A DNA stretch of 64,000 nt from Ignavibacteria bacterium (GCA_016929695.1 JAFGII010000001.1:10629-74628), one strand, 5' to 3'; counted from the stretch's first letter, positions 50,420 through 60,635 are shown. Translations and numbers: made by a program. The notes: a model not told the origin generated them from the letters alone.

Positions 50420-50600
50420 ATATGTCATCTATTAGAGGTTAAATCCCTTTGCATTCAAATTCTGGAATATCTCACCTCTGCAAGATAAAATTCCGTTTAT
50501 ATTCTAAAAATATATCATTTCTGCAAGGTTAAATCCCGTTGCATTCATTTCCAAAAAAATATCTAACCTCTCCGCGGTTAAGTCCCGAATAGATGATTTT
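50420..50600. repeat. Four degenerate tandem repeats of about 46 bp
   Basis: Units start at 50420, 50467, 50512 and 50559, each opening ATAT(G/C). Units 1 and 3 share the core GGTTAAATCCC(T/G)TTGCATTCA. Units 2 and 4 are degenerate (GATAAAATTCCGTTTATATTC, GGTTAAGTCCCGAATAGATGA). Confidence 0.6.
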
Positions 50601-50802
50601 ATATAGAATAAATTGTCCGGAAAATAAGTAAATGAATATTTGTTTGTACAGTATTTAGGCAATCGCTGAAATTAAATTTTAAATATTTTTATAAAACGGG
50701 AACTATTTTAATTTAGATAAGGTTTTAACGTTCAAAACATTTAAAACGTTTAAAACAATTAAATCATTTATAAATTAAATAAATATAAGAAAGGATACAA
50801 AA

Positions 50803-51537
50803 ATGACAAACAAAATCAAATTATCTGCACTGGCAATTTTTATTTTAGGATTATTTTCATTCGGAGTCTTTACAGGATGCAGTGATGACAATAATCCGAT
50901 AAATCCTGCAATACTGAAAGATTCATATCTCAGGGTGATACATTCATCCGCAAATGCTCCTAACGTAGATGTTTATGCTAACGGCACAAAAGTTCTGAGC
51001 AATGTTCCGTACCAGACAGGTTCTTCCTATCTCAAAGTAACGGAAGGGAGTTACAACATAAAGGTCACTCCTGCAAATGACACGACTGGCGTGATTGTTG
51101 CGACATTAAACTTAGCCGGAGATAATAAATATACTGTCATTGCTCCCGGAAGTGTTGCGAACTTGCAAAATAATGTGATAGTAGCGCTTGATACAAACTC
51201 AAACACTCCAACCTCCGGAAATTTCAAATTGAGAGCGATACACGGTTTCGAGACTGCGGCAGTTGATGTTCACGTCAGCCAGACGAATAACTTCACACCT
51301 GATGCAAGCACAAGAGTAGTTCCATCATTTCCGTTCAGGGGCATTACTCCTTATCTTGAATTGCCTGCGGGAACATACTATGTAAATATTACTCTTCCGG
51401 AAGAATTCACTAAACTAATTCCCACAGATTTTATGCTGACAGGAGCAAACGGAAATATATTTACTGCTGTAGCAAGCGGTTACAATGTAATAACCCCGGG
51501 TTCAGGACCGGTACTAAACGGCTATCAGGATAATTAA
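50803..51537 (+). CDS. DUF4397-like lipoprotein
   Basis: 244-aa ORF. Lipobox (GVFTGC) and two DUF4397-type repeats (LRVIHSSANAPNVDVYANG, LRAIHGFETAAVDVHV). Confidence 0.7.
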   Translation: MTNKIKLSALAIFILGLFSFGVFTGCSDDNNPINPAILKDSYLRVIHSSANAPNVDVYANGTKVLSNVPYQTGSSYLKVTEGSYNIKVTPANDTTGVIVATLNLAGDNKYTVIAPGSVANLQNNVIVALDTNSNTPTSGNFKLRAIHGFETAAVDVHVSQTNNFTPDASTRVVPSFPFRGITPYLELPAGTYYVNITLPEEFTKLIPTDFMLTGANGNIFTAVASGYNVITPGSGPVLNGYQDN

Positions 51538-51551
51538 TATTCTAAACCGTA

Positions 51552-51590
51552 ACAGGCAGGGCTGCTTAAACGGCTCTGCCTGTATATTTT
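51552..51590 (+). terminator. Terminator-like hairpin
   Basis: acaggcag-(16 nt)-ctgcctgt followed by atatttt (weak T-tract). Confidence 0.45.
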
Positions 51591-51653
51591 GCATTATAAA
51601 GAGTTATCTTGAAACAAATTTTATTTTATTATAAATTATGAATGTGATTAATT

Positions 51654-52556
51654 ATGAAACAAAAATTACTAACATCTTCACAAGTTGCAGAACTAATTAA
51701 TGTAAATGTTTCTACCGTTAAAAGGTGGACTGATAGCGGAGAAATCAAATGCACGCACACTCTCGGAAAACACAGAAAATACAGAATTCAGGATATAATA
51801 GAATTTGCAACTAAAAATCACATTCAAATAAATCCCTCACTATACTATCCCGAAGGAGAAAATAACGAAGAGATAAGACAAATTAATTTCGCAGTCTATT
51901 CAAATGATTATCAGTTTTTATCCAATGCTTTTTATAATTACATTTTAAGCGGAAATAAGTCTAAGGCGGAAAACCTTTTGAAACTGATTTACGGACATAA
52001 AGTCCCTCTTGGAACGATATGCGACTCGGTTATTGCATCTTCTTTGAAACACATCGGGAAAGACTGGTATGAAAACAGAATCGGAATAGAGACGGAACAT
52101 CTTGCTTCGAACATAGCTCTTCATTCCATCATAAAACTGCAGGATGTAATCATTAAAAAGAAGCCGAAAGGTTTTGTCTCCTTATGCGGATGTCTCACAG
52201 ATGAGTTTCACAACATCGGAATTACCTGTGTCAACAATTTACTGGAATCCGAAGGATGGGAAAGTTATCTGCTAGGAAGCAATACTCCTGCATCTTCTTT
52301 CATAAAAATGATTGAACTATATAAACCTCATCTCGTATGCATTTCCACTTCAGTAATAAACGACGTTAAAACATTTACTGAGGAGGTAAATGCAGTTTAC
52401 AAGTTTACAAAAAAACATAAAGGAAGACTTGCTGTATCGGGTCAGTCTCTCACTCCGGAAATGAGAAATCAAATTAGAACGGACTATACTCCGGATTCAA
52501 CAAACCGGATTTTAGAAATACTCGGTGAAATCGAATTCAAAACAAAACTGAAGTGA
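51654..52556 (+). CDS. CarH/LitR-like B12-binding transcriptional regulator (MerR/excisionase-type HTH + helical bundle + cobalamin-binding Rossmann domain)
   Basis: 300-aa ORF. N-terminal HTH LTSSQVAELINVNVSTVKRWTDSGEI. W138-x9-E148-H149 (DWYENRIGIETEH, 52065-52100). E-x-H-x-x-G at EFH186NIG (52209-52211), 37 aa after the EH pair. Confidence 0.75.
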   Translation: MKQKLLTSSQVAELINVNVSTVKRWTDSGEIKCTHTLGKHRKYRIQDIIEFATKNHIQINPSLYYPEGENNEEIRQINFAVYSNDYQFLSNAFYNYILSGNKSKAENLLKLIYGHKVPLGTICDSVIASSLKHIGKDWYENRIGIETEHLASNIALHSIIKLQDVIIKKKPKGFVSLCGCLTDEFHNIGITCVNNLLESEGWESYLLGSNTPASSFIKMIELYKPHLVCISTSVINDVKTFTEEVNAVYKFTKKHKGRLAVSGQSLTPEMRNQIRTDYTPDSTNRILEILGEIEFKTKLK

Positions 52557-52974
52557 TTCAGTCTCTGCTTTTTTCTGTTTTCAATATTTCTCTCCTTTTA
52601 GTTTATTCAGATTAATTAATAATTTGTTAAGAAGTAATTTTTGGAGTTAATTATTTTTGGTTGAAGATAATTCATTCAAATACTGATTTAAAATTTAATT
52701 GTATAATCCGGAATAGTCAGAAACAAAATGATTTTCCTTCAAATATTTATGTTTATTTTATAACCTGTATAGGTATAAGGGGGTGGTTTGTCTTAAGCTT
52801 TTATCGTATAATTTTCATTGTGTTTTCAAAGAATCTGAAAAATAAAGATGAATTTGAAGTTCTTCTATATCTGTGCCCGTTTAAATCTTTCTTGACATTA
52901 AAGTATCTTTATCTCATAAGATTTTCATAAAATATCTAAACAGATATTAAGATTTTGCATTAAATTTTAAAATT

Positions 52975-53007
52975 TTAAAAACCCCTGCCACATAAGCAAG
53001 GCAGGGT
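52975..53007 (-). terminator. Rho-independent terminator
   Basis: Minus strand reads ccctgcc-ttgcttatgt-ggcaggg followed by gttttt. Downstream of the 502-aa T9SS cargo gene. Confidence 0.6.
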
Positions 53008-53033
53008 AAAAATCAATCCTTAAAATCTTGATA

Positions 53034-54542
53034 TCATTTCATTAAAATCATCTTCTTCGTCTCAATATAATTATCTGCCTGCAGTCTGTAGAAATATACT
53101 CCGCTGGAGTAATACTCACCGTTGAATTCTACTTCATAAGAACCGGGAGATAAATTTTCATTCACAAGGACCGAGACTTCTTTTCCTAAAATATCAAATA
53201 CGGTTAATTTGATATTTGAGTATTTCGGATTTTTAAATCTTATTGTTGTGAGTGGATTGAACGGATTAGGATAATTTTGTTCAAGTACATAAGATTGCGG
53301 GATTTGATTTTCAATACTCCTTATTCTGGTAACAGCATTGTATCTGTCCCAGTATACTTTTTTGTCCGTACCGTCCAGTCCTACCCATGCAGCACCTACA
53401 TCGCCTGTATTGTATATTTCCACCAGCGCAGGTAAATATAATCGGGCAGACCATCCCGGAATATGCTCACTAAACTGCTCAGGGCTGGAGAAAGTTGTTG
53501 GTGCTGTTGTAACTGCAAAACTGTAAAGCATTTTATCCGAGTTATTAGTTGGTGTACCGCTTTGCAAACTGTCTGAATAGTATATAATGTCAACACCTCC
53601 TGGACCTCCTATAAAATGTCTTGCCTCGAACCAGTATTCATCTGTATTTGGATTTCCGGCGAGTATTACCGGAGAAGCATAATTTAATCCGCTGTTTGTG
53701 CTCAACATGTACTTTATGTCTATCGCTCCTGTTGTTCCCAGTGTATATATCATCCAGACTATACCATTGTAAAAAACAGGTTGAACTTCACTTTTTGGCT
53801 GTGTTTCAGTTACAACATTCTGAAAGCCCATAGATGAAATAGTACCGGGTGCCGATTCTCTGTAGCGACCTACTCTTATTATTGAGGATATAGTATCAGG
53901 AGTTAATGTACTGCCGTAGAAAGTCAGGATAAGTGTATCACCCGAACCGGACATATACATCCTTGGAAAAGCACCGTTTGAAACAGTTCCGGTTTGACTG
54001 GTTGAAATAAATCCGTTTGTTGAAGAATATCTCGGAAGTGAAGTTGATGTAAGAGCATCTGCGACTACATATAATCCACCCGTTGAGGAACCTACTGCAT
54101 CAAAATCGCGATATGTCATTGTAGTTATTGAACCTAATTGTAAAGATTCCACATTCAGGCAATATATGATTGAATTTATCAGGTAGAAATAATAAACCGA
54201 GTCAAGCCCGGTGCGTACCATTTTTGCTCTCAACGGCATTACCGTTCCTGAGTAACTTGCCGGAGTAGTCCATGTGACACCGTTGTTTATTGATTTGAAA
54301 ATTACGATACTTTTTCCTGGTATAATAGCTGTATCGGAAACGGCAAGATATATCGTACCGTTTGCTTTTGCAATTCCTGTTATTTTTCCGAATGGCTCAG
54401 AACTTGAAACCAATATATCACCTGCCCAGTCAGGTTCATATTGAACGGTTTCGGATTTTGTATAATTCGTTGTCCAAGTTTGAGCAAATAAACCTGTTGC
54501 TGAAATTAAAACAACTAAAAGTAAAAATGAAAATGTTTTCAT
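53034..54542 (-). CDS. T9SS cargo protein with BNR/sialidase-like beta-propeller features
   Basis: 502-aa ORF with a signal peptide. BNR-like SINNGVTWTT and STNSGLNY. C-terminal NYPNPFNP...GVYFYRLQ...KKMILMK Por_Secre_tail. Confidence 0.6.
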   Translation of the reverse strand: MKTFSFLLLVVLISATGLFAQTWTTNYTKSETVQYEPDWAGDILVSSSEPFGKITGIAKANGTIYLAVSDTAIIPGKSIVIFKSINNGVTWTTPASYSGTVMPLRAKMVRTGLDSVYYFYLINSIIYCLNVESLQLGSITTMTYRDFDAVGSSTGGLYVVADALTSTSLPRYSSTNGFISTSQTGTVSNGAFPRMYMSGSGDTLILTFYGSTLTPDTISSIIRVGRYRESAPGTISSMGFQNVVTETQPKSEVQPVFYNGIVWMIYTLGTTGAIDIKYMLSTNSGLNYASPVILAGNPNTDEYWFEARHFIGGPGGVDIIYYSDSLQSGTPTNNSDKMLYSFAVTTAPTTFSSPEQFSEHIPGWSARLYLPALVEIYNTGDVGAAWVGLDGTDKKVYWDRYNAVTRIRSIENQIPQSYVLEQNYPNPFNPLTTIRFKNPKYSNIKLTVFDILGKEVSVLVNENLSPGSYEVEFNGEYYSSGVYFYRLQADNYIETKKMILMK

Positions 54543-55042
54543 GATTAGAACCTCTCCTCTTTAATTATTAAATTTTTGTTTATGAAGTATCTTTACTAAA
54601 TAATAAATAATCAAGGTATTTATTTCAGTATATATTTTAGATTGAATTTCAAAACATTTATCAGCAGGTTTACTTGTTTGAATTATATCCAATTTCTATT
54701 ACGTTCGGTAGAAGTATTTTAGAGGGAGGAAGTGTTGTGTTATTTTATGCAGTTAAGTGTAAAAAACCTGCGTTCGCCAATTACTACTTTTAAAAATAAA
54801 TACATACAAGGTGCATATCCGGAACCAAAAAATTTTCATTTAACATTTTACATCTGTAATTTAACATTAAATATGTTCCGTGTTTTTCCGTTTCAATCCG
54901 TGTCCATCCGTGAATCTAATGCGTAATGTAGGTGTTACGTCTCGTGTCCACGGGATAGTTCTGCTTTTGGAGTTTATCGCGATTCATCGGGACATTCTAA
55001 AAAGTTTGACATTTTGCACAAAATTTAAAAAGTAAATGAACA

Positions 55043-56437
55043 CTATCTCAGCAAAATCATTTTTCTTGTTTCACTGAAATTACCGGTTGTTAGTTTGTAA
55101 AAATATACTCCGCTCGAATATTCTGAAGCATCAAAGAATACCTCGTATGTCCCTGCACTTTGATTTTTATTCAACAGTACTTTGATTTCCTTACCTGTGA
55201 TATCATATATAACTATTCTAACAAAATCATCCAAGGGTAACGAATAACTTATTTTTGTTGAAGGATTGAATGGATTCGGAAAGTTCTGTGTTAGTTTAAC
55301 CTCATTGGAGATAAAACCATCACCTTTAATAGTTTTTGATTTTGTTAAATAAATTTTGTCTATTAATTCATTTTCCTCATTATATACTTTCAATGAAAAT
55401 GATTTAGGAGAAACGTCAAAAACACCAAAACAGTATGTCTCCATGGCTTTTATAGTGTACGATGCATAAGTTGGAATTCTCTTGGTACCTCCTGTCGGTG
55501 ATATTATTATATGATGTATGTTATCCACTAAATTATGCTGATAAAAATGATTATGCCCGGAAATTACCATATCAACTTCGTTGGGAACAAATATTCCCTC
55601 ACTCATTACGACCATATCAGGGTCCTCACCGTGACTTCCAGAACTGTATGCGGGTTTATGTGAAACAACAATTTTCCAAATTTTTTCTGTTTGCTCAATA
55701 TCCGATTTAACAAAATTATATTGCTCACTGTTTAGCCCGTCGGGTAATTCATTGTTGATGACTGTAAAATGTACATCACCGTAATCAAATGAGTAGTATG
55801 CCTGTGTCCCTGAATATATCGTCGGATTTTGTTCAAATGCCTTTATGTTTATATTATTAAAATAATTATAACCATCGTGATTCCCTGCAACTCCGAAGAA
55901 AGGAATTCTCGAAATTACGTTTAATTCGTTTTGCGTAAAGAATTCATTCTTCCAGGAACTGTATGTTGTATAATGACATAAATCTCCTCCCCAGATTAGA
56001 AACTTAGGATTATAGGACGGTATGAGTGCTGATATTTTATTATGTATATCAATTCCCACCTGACAATCCGCAAGCCAGACAAAACGAAATTTTTTCCCTG
56101 ATTGAATGCTTGTGTAAAAAGAATAACCGTCATAAATCGTATTTTGTTGGGAAGCTGAGTAAAAATATTTCATACCGGCAGATAAGTTGGTTAATGGAAT
56201 TCTGTGGACGTATGTAACGGGTATCGCTGAAGTAGTTAAATAAAATTCCGTAATTGCAGAGAAACCGTAATTTTTATTAGGACCGTAATTTACTGTAACG
56301 GCATCCGTAGTATTAGTTTCAACCATTATATAAACTGAATTTGTGGAAACAGACTGCAGGTACGGAGGCATAATAATATCCGCATAAAATTTTACGGGAA
56401 TAAACAGAAGTAAAATAATTAAAAAGACTTTTTTCAT
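55043..56437 (-). CDS. Secreted calcineurin-like metallophosphoesterase with T9SS C-terminal domain
   Basis: 464-aa ORF. Purple-acid-phosphatase-like N-terminal domain, GGDLCHY, GVAGNHDG and SGHNHFYQ motifs. C-terminal NFPNPFNP...GVYFYKL...RKMILLR. Confidence 0.8.
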   Translation of the reverse strand: MKKVFLIILLLFIPVKFYADIIMPPYLQSVSTNSVYIMVETNTTDAVTVNYGPNKNYGFSAITEFYLTTSAIPVTYVHRIPLTNLSAGMKYFYSASQQNTIYDGYSFYTSIQSGKKFRFVWLADCQVGIDIHNKISALIPSYNPKFLIWGGDLCHYTTYSSWKNEFFTQNELNVISRIPFFGVAGNHDGYNYFNNINIKAFEQNPTIYSGTQAYYSFDYGDVHFTVINNELPDGLNSEQYNFVKSDIEQTEKIWKIVVSHKPAYSSGSHGEDPDMVVMSEGIFVPNEVDMVISGHNHFYQHNLVDNIHHIIISPTGGTKRIPTYASYTIKAMETYCFGVFDVSPKSFSLKVYNEENELIDKIYLTKSKTIKGDGFISNEVKLTQNFPNPFNPSTKISYSLPLDDFVRIVIYDITGKEIKVLLNKNQSAGTYEVFFDASEYSSGVYFYKLTTGNFSETRKMILLR

Positions 56438-56900
56438 TTTTAAATCTCCTTCCCCCTTAAAGTTTCTATAACTTCAAGGAATATTTATATAGATTACAAA
56501 ATATTTTTTTTCTTGTAAAAAGTATTGAAATTTATTTTTCATTGCAAGTGAATAAAAAACGTTGCTGAACACAGAAATGGATTTGTTTATGGTTTTTTCA
56601 AATATATTTTCTACACACGAAACATAAAATCGTTTATGTCTATTCATAAAAATTTTAACAGATAACACTTGAAAAACGAAGATACTAAAAACATTTATGC
56701 ATATACACTGCAGATATTTTATTCCTTTTCAAATTTATTTAAAGATTTAATTAATAAACACACTTGAAAAGCATTTAATGACGTCTGTAAGTTGCAAAAT
56801 CCGGATAATCTTTCGATAAATTAAGAAATTAATCATATTAACTGGGAATGCTTTTAAAATATGATTTATTCTTTTAAATATTTATATTATAAAAAAATAT

Positions 56901-57266
56901 ATGAGAAAAAAAATATTCATATTACTTTCATTCGGGCTTTTTTTATTATTCTCAAATCTTTATTCTCAGGATGACAGATGGCTTTATCTAAAAAGTATTG
57001 ATGATATTTTTGTTTACTATGATACCGAGACTGTTAAACAAGGTGATAATTCGACGATTGTTTTGCTTAAATTTATTAATGTTGATGATAATGTCAACCA
57101 GTATGTTATATATAAAATGGAATTTTATCCCTGTAAGGATTATTACAAATTAATAACTGTTACTATATATCCTAAGGAGGGCTTTCCTTTTACCTATACG
57201 TACAATGAGATTAAAGAAATAATTTCAGATTCATTCGAAGAATCCGCATACAGACTGTTTTATTGA
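56901..57266 (+). CDS. Hypothetical secreted protein
   Basis: 121-aa ORF with a signal peptide. The W.Y...DIFVYYDTETV pattern is vaguely like surface-adhesin-E-type domains. Tentative. Confidence 0.4.
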   Translation: MRKKIFILLSFGLFLLFSNLYSQDDRWLYLKSIDDIFVYYDTETVKQGDNSTIVLLKFINVDDNVNQYVIYKMEFYPCKDYYKLITVTIYPKEGFPFTYTYNEIKEIISDSFEESAYRLFY

Positions 57267-57424
57267 AAGCCTTTTTGCTGTACAATTTAATAAAATTTAT
57301 TTCAGCAAAGTTTTCATTCCTTAGAGATTTATATAACAAAGATGCTGAAAAATCTTAGCAGAATTAATATTTCTTCTGTTGATATTGTATATTTTTTTGT
57401 CTCGTAAAATATTATTTTTATTTA

Positions 57425-58213
57425 ATGAATAAATTAACTTTTTTCATAACATTTTATTTGATTTTAATTTTAATATGCAGTCCTGCAAATCTGCAGACGG
57501 AAAAAAAGAAATTTACGGTAATTATTGACCCCGGACACGGCGGGAAAGATCCGGGCACGATTGGATTGTCAAAAATTTATGAAAAAGATATTAATTTGTC
57601 TGTCTCGTTAAAACTTCGAAATTATCTTCAGAATAAATACGATGATATTAAGGTCGTTATGACAAGAGAAAAAGATGAATTCATCGAATTAAAAGAAAGG
57701 GGAAATATAGCAAATAAAAATAGTGGAGATCTGTTCGTAAGTATTCATTGCAATTACAAGAAGAAAGAAGAGAATGATAAAAACGGGTTTGAAATTTATA
57801 TTTCTGATTTTTCCAGACTGCCCGAAGCGGAATATTATACTAAGTACCAGAATCCGCTGTTCAGTACGAAAGATTGGGATACTAACTCTCTGGACTGGAT
57901 TGAGTACAGCAGTTTATTGGTTCCGGTTTATCAGAATATATATCAAAGATGGTCTGAAAGGTTCGCAAGTATATTGGAACTTGAGATGACTAAAAATACT
58001 GTCATTCTCAGCAGGGGAATTAATCAGGAAGGATTTTTCGTACTGGTGGGTGCCTCTATGCCGGTTGTTCTGCTCGAATCAGGTTTTTTGTCGAATAAAG
58101 CGGACGAGACCTATCTTAAAACAGAAAAAGGTCAGGAAGACGTCGCTAAAGCACTTTATAAGTCAATTGTCTATTACAAAATGGATTATGAGTTTGATAA
58201 AATGGAGTTCTGA
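57425..58213 (+). CDS. N-acetylmuramoyl-L-alanine amidase (Amidase_3)
   Basis: 262-aa ORF with a signal peptide. VIIDPGHGGKDPG, LFVSIHCN and VLLESGFLSN motifs. Confidence 0.85.
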   Translation: MNKLTFFITFYLILILICSPANLQTEKKKFTVIIDPGHGGKDPGTIGLSKIYEKDINLSVSLKLRNYLQNKYDDIKVVMTREKDEFIELKERGNIANKNSGDLFVSIHCNYKKKEENDKNGFEIYISDFSRLPEAEYYTKYQNPLFSTKDWDTNSLDWIEYSSLLVPVYQNIYQRWSERFASILELEMTKNTVILSRGINQEGFFVLVGASMPVVLLESGFLSNKADETYLKTEKGQEDVAKALYKSIVYYKMDYEFDKMEF

Positions 58214-58214
58214 A

Positions 58215-58246
58215 TAAAAAAAAAGCCGCTTTAGCGGCTTTTTTTA
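58215..58246. terminator. Bidirectional rho-independent terminator between convergent genes
   Basis: aaaaaaaaagccgct-tt-agcggcttttttt, flanked by an A-run and a T-run. Confidence 0.7.
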
Positions 58247-59131
58247 ATGATGGTTTACAAACTTTTCCAACTTTATTGTGTATCCGTTGCTTTCAAGAAC
58301 TTTTTTTACTTCGTTTGCTGTGTCTTTATCGTTAAAGACTCCTACCATCACATAAAATATTGTTGAGTCTTTTTTGGGTATGACCTGTAGGAATATATTC
58401 TCATATCCCAGAGACTCAAGTTCTCCAATTAGTTCTTTCGTATCATAATGTCCGGAAGTTTTCACAATTTTCAGTGTATATCCGGATATGTATTCATCCG
58501 GTAATTCTGAACTGTTAAAAATGTTTTCTTGAAAGTGCTTTCTGTATATATTTGAGTTAGCTTCGTCAATATTTGGTGATAATATTTTTACTTTTACCTT
58601 TTTGAAGGTATAGGATTGCTTGAGTTCATTGTATTGCTTGGATATTACATCTTCAAAAAGATTTTCCGGTCTGAATCCCTCTATCTCACTCTCGCCGAAA
58701 TTCTCAAATCCGGAGAGCTCCTTTTCGGGATTATAGATTTCTATTCTGACTTGTGCTAATCCGCCCATACCAATTTCCTCTTTCGCTGCTTTAGATAGGT
58801 CAATTATTCTGCCTCCTATGTATGGTCCTCTGTCGTTGATTTTCACTATTACTTGCTTGTCGTTTGAAAGGTTTGTTACCTTTACAAATGTGAAGAACGG
58901 TAGTGTTTTGTGTGCAGCAGTTAATTCGTTTGTATTGAATATTTCACCGCTTGCTGTTCTTCTGCCGTGAAATCCCGGTCCGTACCAAGAAGCAGTTCCT
59001 TCCTGGACAAAACCAGCTAAGTCTTCTGGTGAATCCGCTAATAAATTATACGAATCACTAATTGGATTTACTAAAATTAATGCGAATACTGTGGTAATTA
59101 ACAATAGTGCATAAATTTTGAGTTTGTTCAA
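58244..59131 (-). CDS. rlpA: Septal ring lytic transglycosylase RlpA family protein with C-terminal SPOR domain
   Basis: 295-aa ORF. DPBB motif [19 protein letters not shown]...[10 protein letters not shown]-terminal SPOR-like [16 protein letters not shown]. Confidence 0.8.
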   Translation of the reverse strand: MNKLKIYALLLITTVFALILVNPISDSYNLLADSPEDLAGFVQEGTASWYGPGFHGRRTASGEIFNTNELTAAHKTLPFFTFVKVTNLSNDKQVIVKINDRGPYIGGRIIDLSKAAKEEIGMGGLAQVRIEIYNPEKELSGFENFGESEIEGFRPENLFEDVISKQYNELKQSYTFKKVKVKILSPNIDEANSNIYRKHFQENIFNSSELPDEYISGYTLKIVKTSGHYDTKELIGELESLGYENIFLQVIPKKDSTIFYVMVGVFNDKDTANEVKKVLESNGYTIKLEKFVNHH

Positions 59132-59384
59132 GTTTTACTTCTCCTCTTTATATTTTCAAATTTATTTTTACGCATTAAAGATTTAGCATTCCCTCATTTT
59201 GCTAATTCTTTATGTCAAAGAACGTTTAATTTTTTAAATTTGTTCCTTATAAAATGATAAATATACTTACTTGTATTTCTAATGTCAATAGAAAAATATT
59301 TTTTGGATATTAACTTTTTTATTTATATAACATTTTAGAAGATATATCTAACTGTCATATAAATATAATAGTTATGATTTCGTA

Positions 59385-60635
59385 TTATACCCACCCCCTT
59401 AATTTACAGGCTTCAGCAACTCTTGCGACGGCTACTACCATTGCAGCTAAACGCGGATGGACTTTTTTCTCACGAATAGACTCGGCGACTGTCTTGTATG
59501 CCTTTGACATCTTATGAGCTAATTTTTCATATACTTCTGATTCTTCCCAGAAAAACGAATAACTGTCCTGAACCATCTCGAAATATGAAACCACAACACC
59601 TCCTGCTGATGCAAGTATGTCGGGTATTACAAAAACATTATTTTTATATAGAATTATGTCGGCTTCGGGTGTTGTCGGACCATTCGAGAGCTCGCATACT
59701 ATCTTTGCCTGTATATTCTTGGCATTTAAATGATTAATTGAATTTTCAAGTGCTGCCGGGTATAAAATGTCTACTTTTTGTTCAAGAACAGATTCCCTTG
59801 GTATGTCTATCGAATTCGGAAATCCTGAAATAGTTTTATTTTTTAATTTATAAGTTACTAATTCTCTTGGATTTAGCCCGTTTTCGTTAAATATGCCGCC
59901 TTTTGAATCGCTTACCGCAATTAGTTTTCCGCCTCCAAGAATCTCATCGTGCAATAAAGCAGCCCTCTGTCCTGCGTTTCCAAAGCCCTGTATGGCATAA
60001 GTTCCGGTCGGGTCTATGTTGTGGTGTTTGCACGCTTCCCTTACGCAATATACTCCGCCTCTCGCTGTTGCGTCTCTTCTGCCTTCTGTTCCTCCGATTT
60101 GCCTAGGCTTGTTCGTCATTACTCCGGGCTGATGCCTTCTTGTTATTGTTTCGTATTCATCCATCATCCATGCCATTGTCTGCGGATTGGTATATACATC
60201 GGGAGCAGGAATATCTTTTGCTGTTCCGATATAATCCGAAACGGCTCTTATGTATCCTCTTGCTATATTTTCGAGTTCTCTCTCGGAGAGTTGCTTCGGG
60301 TCACAAACTACTCCCCCTTTTCCTCCGCCTAAAGGAAGGTCAACTACCGCAGTTTTCCAAGTCATCCAGCATGCTAATGCCCTTATCGTGTCTATGGTTT
60401 CATCTTTATGAAATCTTATCCCTCCTTTGGCAGGACCGCGCGCAAAATTATACTGAATTCTGTATGCGGAAAAAATTTTTGTGTTACCGTTATCCATCTT
60501 TACTGGAATCGTAAATGAAAACTCCCTCTGGGGCAGGGAAAGTAATCCGATTGTTGCATCGTCGAGGTGAAGTAATTTTGCGGCTTCAACTACCTGTTTT
60601 TGTGAAACATGAAATGAATTATATGATTCTATCAT
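59385..60635 (-). CDS. gdh: Glutamate dehydrogenase (Glu/Leu/Phe/Val dehydrogenase family, about 415-aa type)
   Basis: 416-aa ORF. Catalytic LPLGGGKGGV and dinucleotide fold IQGFGNAG. Confidence 0.9.
   Translation of the reverse strand: MIESYNSFHVSQKQVVEAAKLLHLDDATIGLLSLPQREFSFTIPVKMDNGNTKIFSAYRIQYNFARGPAKGGIRFHKDETIDTIRALACWMTWKTAVVDLPLGGGKGGVVCDPKQLSERELENIARGYIRAVSDYIGTAKDIPAPDVYTNPQTMAWMMDEYETITRRHQPGVMTNKPRQIGGTEGRRDATARGGVYCVREACKHHNIDPTGTYAIQGFGNAGQRAALLHDEILGGGKLIAVSDSKGGIFNENGLNPRELVTYKLKNKTISGFPNSIDIPRESVLEQKVDILYPAALENSINHLNAKNIQAKIVCELSNGPTTPEADIILYKNNVFVIPDILASAGGVVVSYFEMVQDSYSFFWEESEVYEKLAHKMSKAYKTVAESIREKKVHPRLAAMVVAVARVAEACKLRGWV

Noticed and set aside
50420-50600. Possible CRISPR array
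   Set aside because: The 46-bp period is too short for repeat plus spacer. The units are degenerate rather than exact, and no cas genes or leader-like architecture occur in the window. I report it as a tandem repeat only.
52661-52930. 89-aa ORF downstream of the CarH-like gene
   Set aside because: It has a TTG start with no SD, a Phe/Ile/Leu-rich low-complexity translation and no signal or motif. I treat it as non-coding spacer.
54732-54926. 64-aa ORF in the spacer between the two T9SS cargo genes
   Set aside because: It has no SD, a non-standard start context and low complexity. I note the region as a long spacer, not as a gene.
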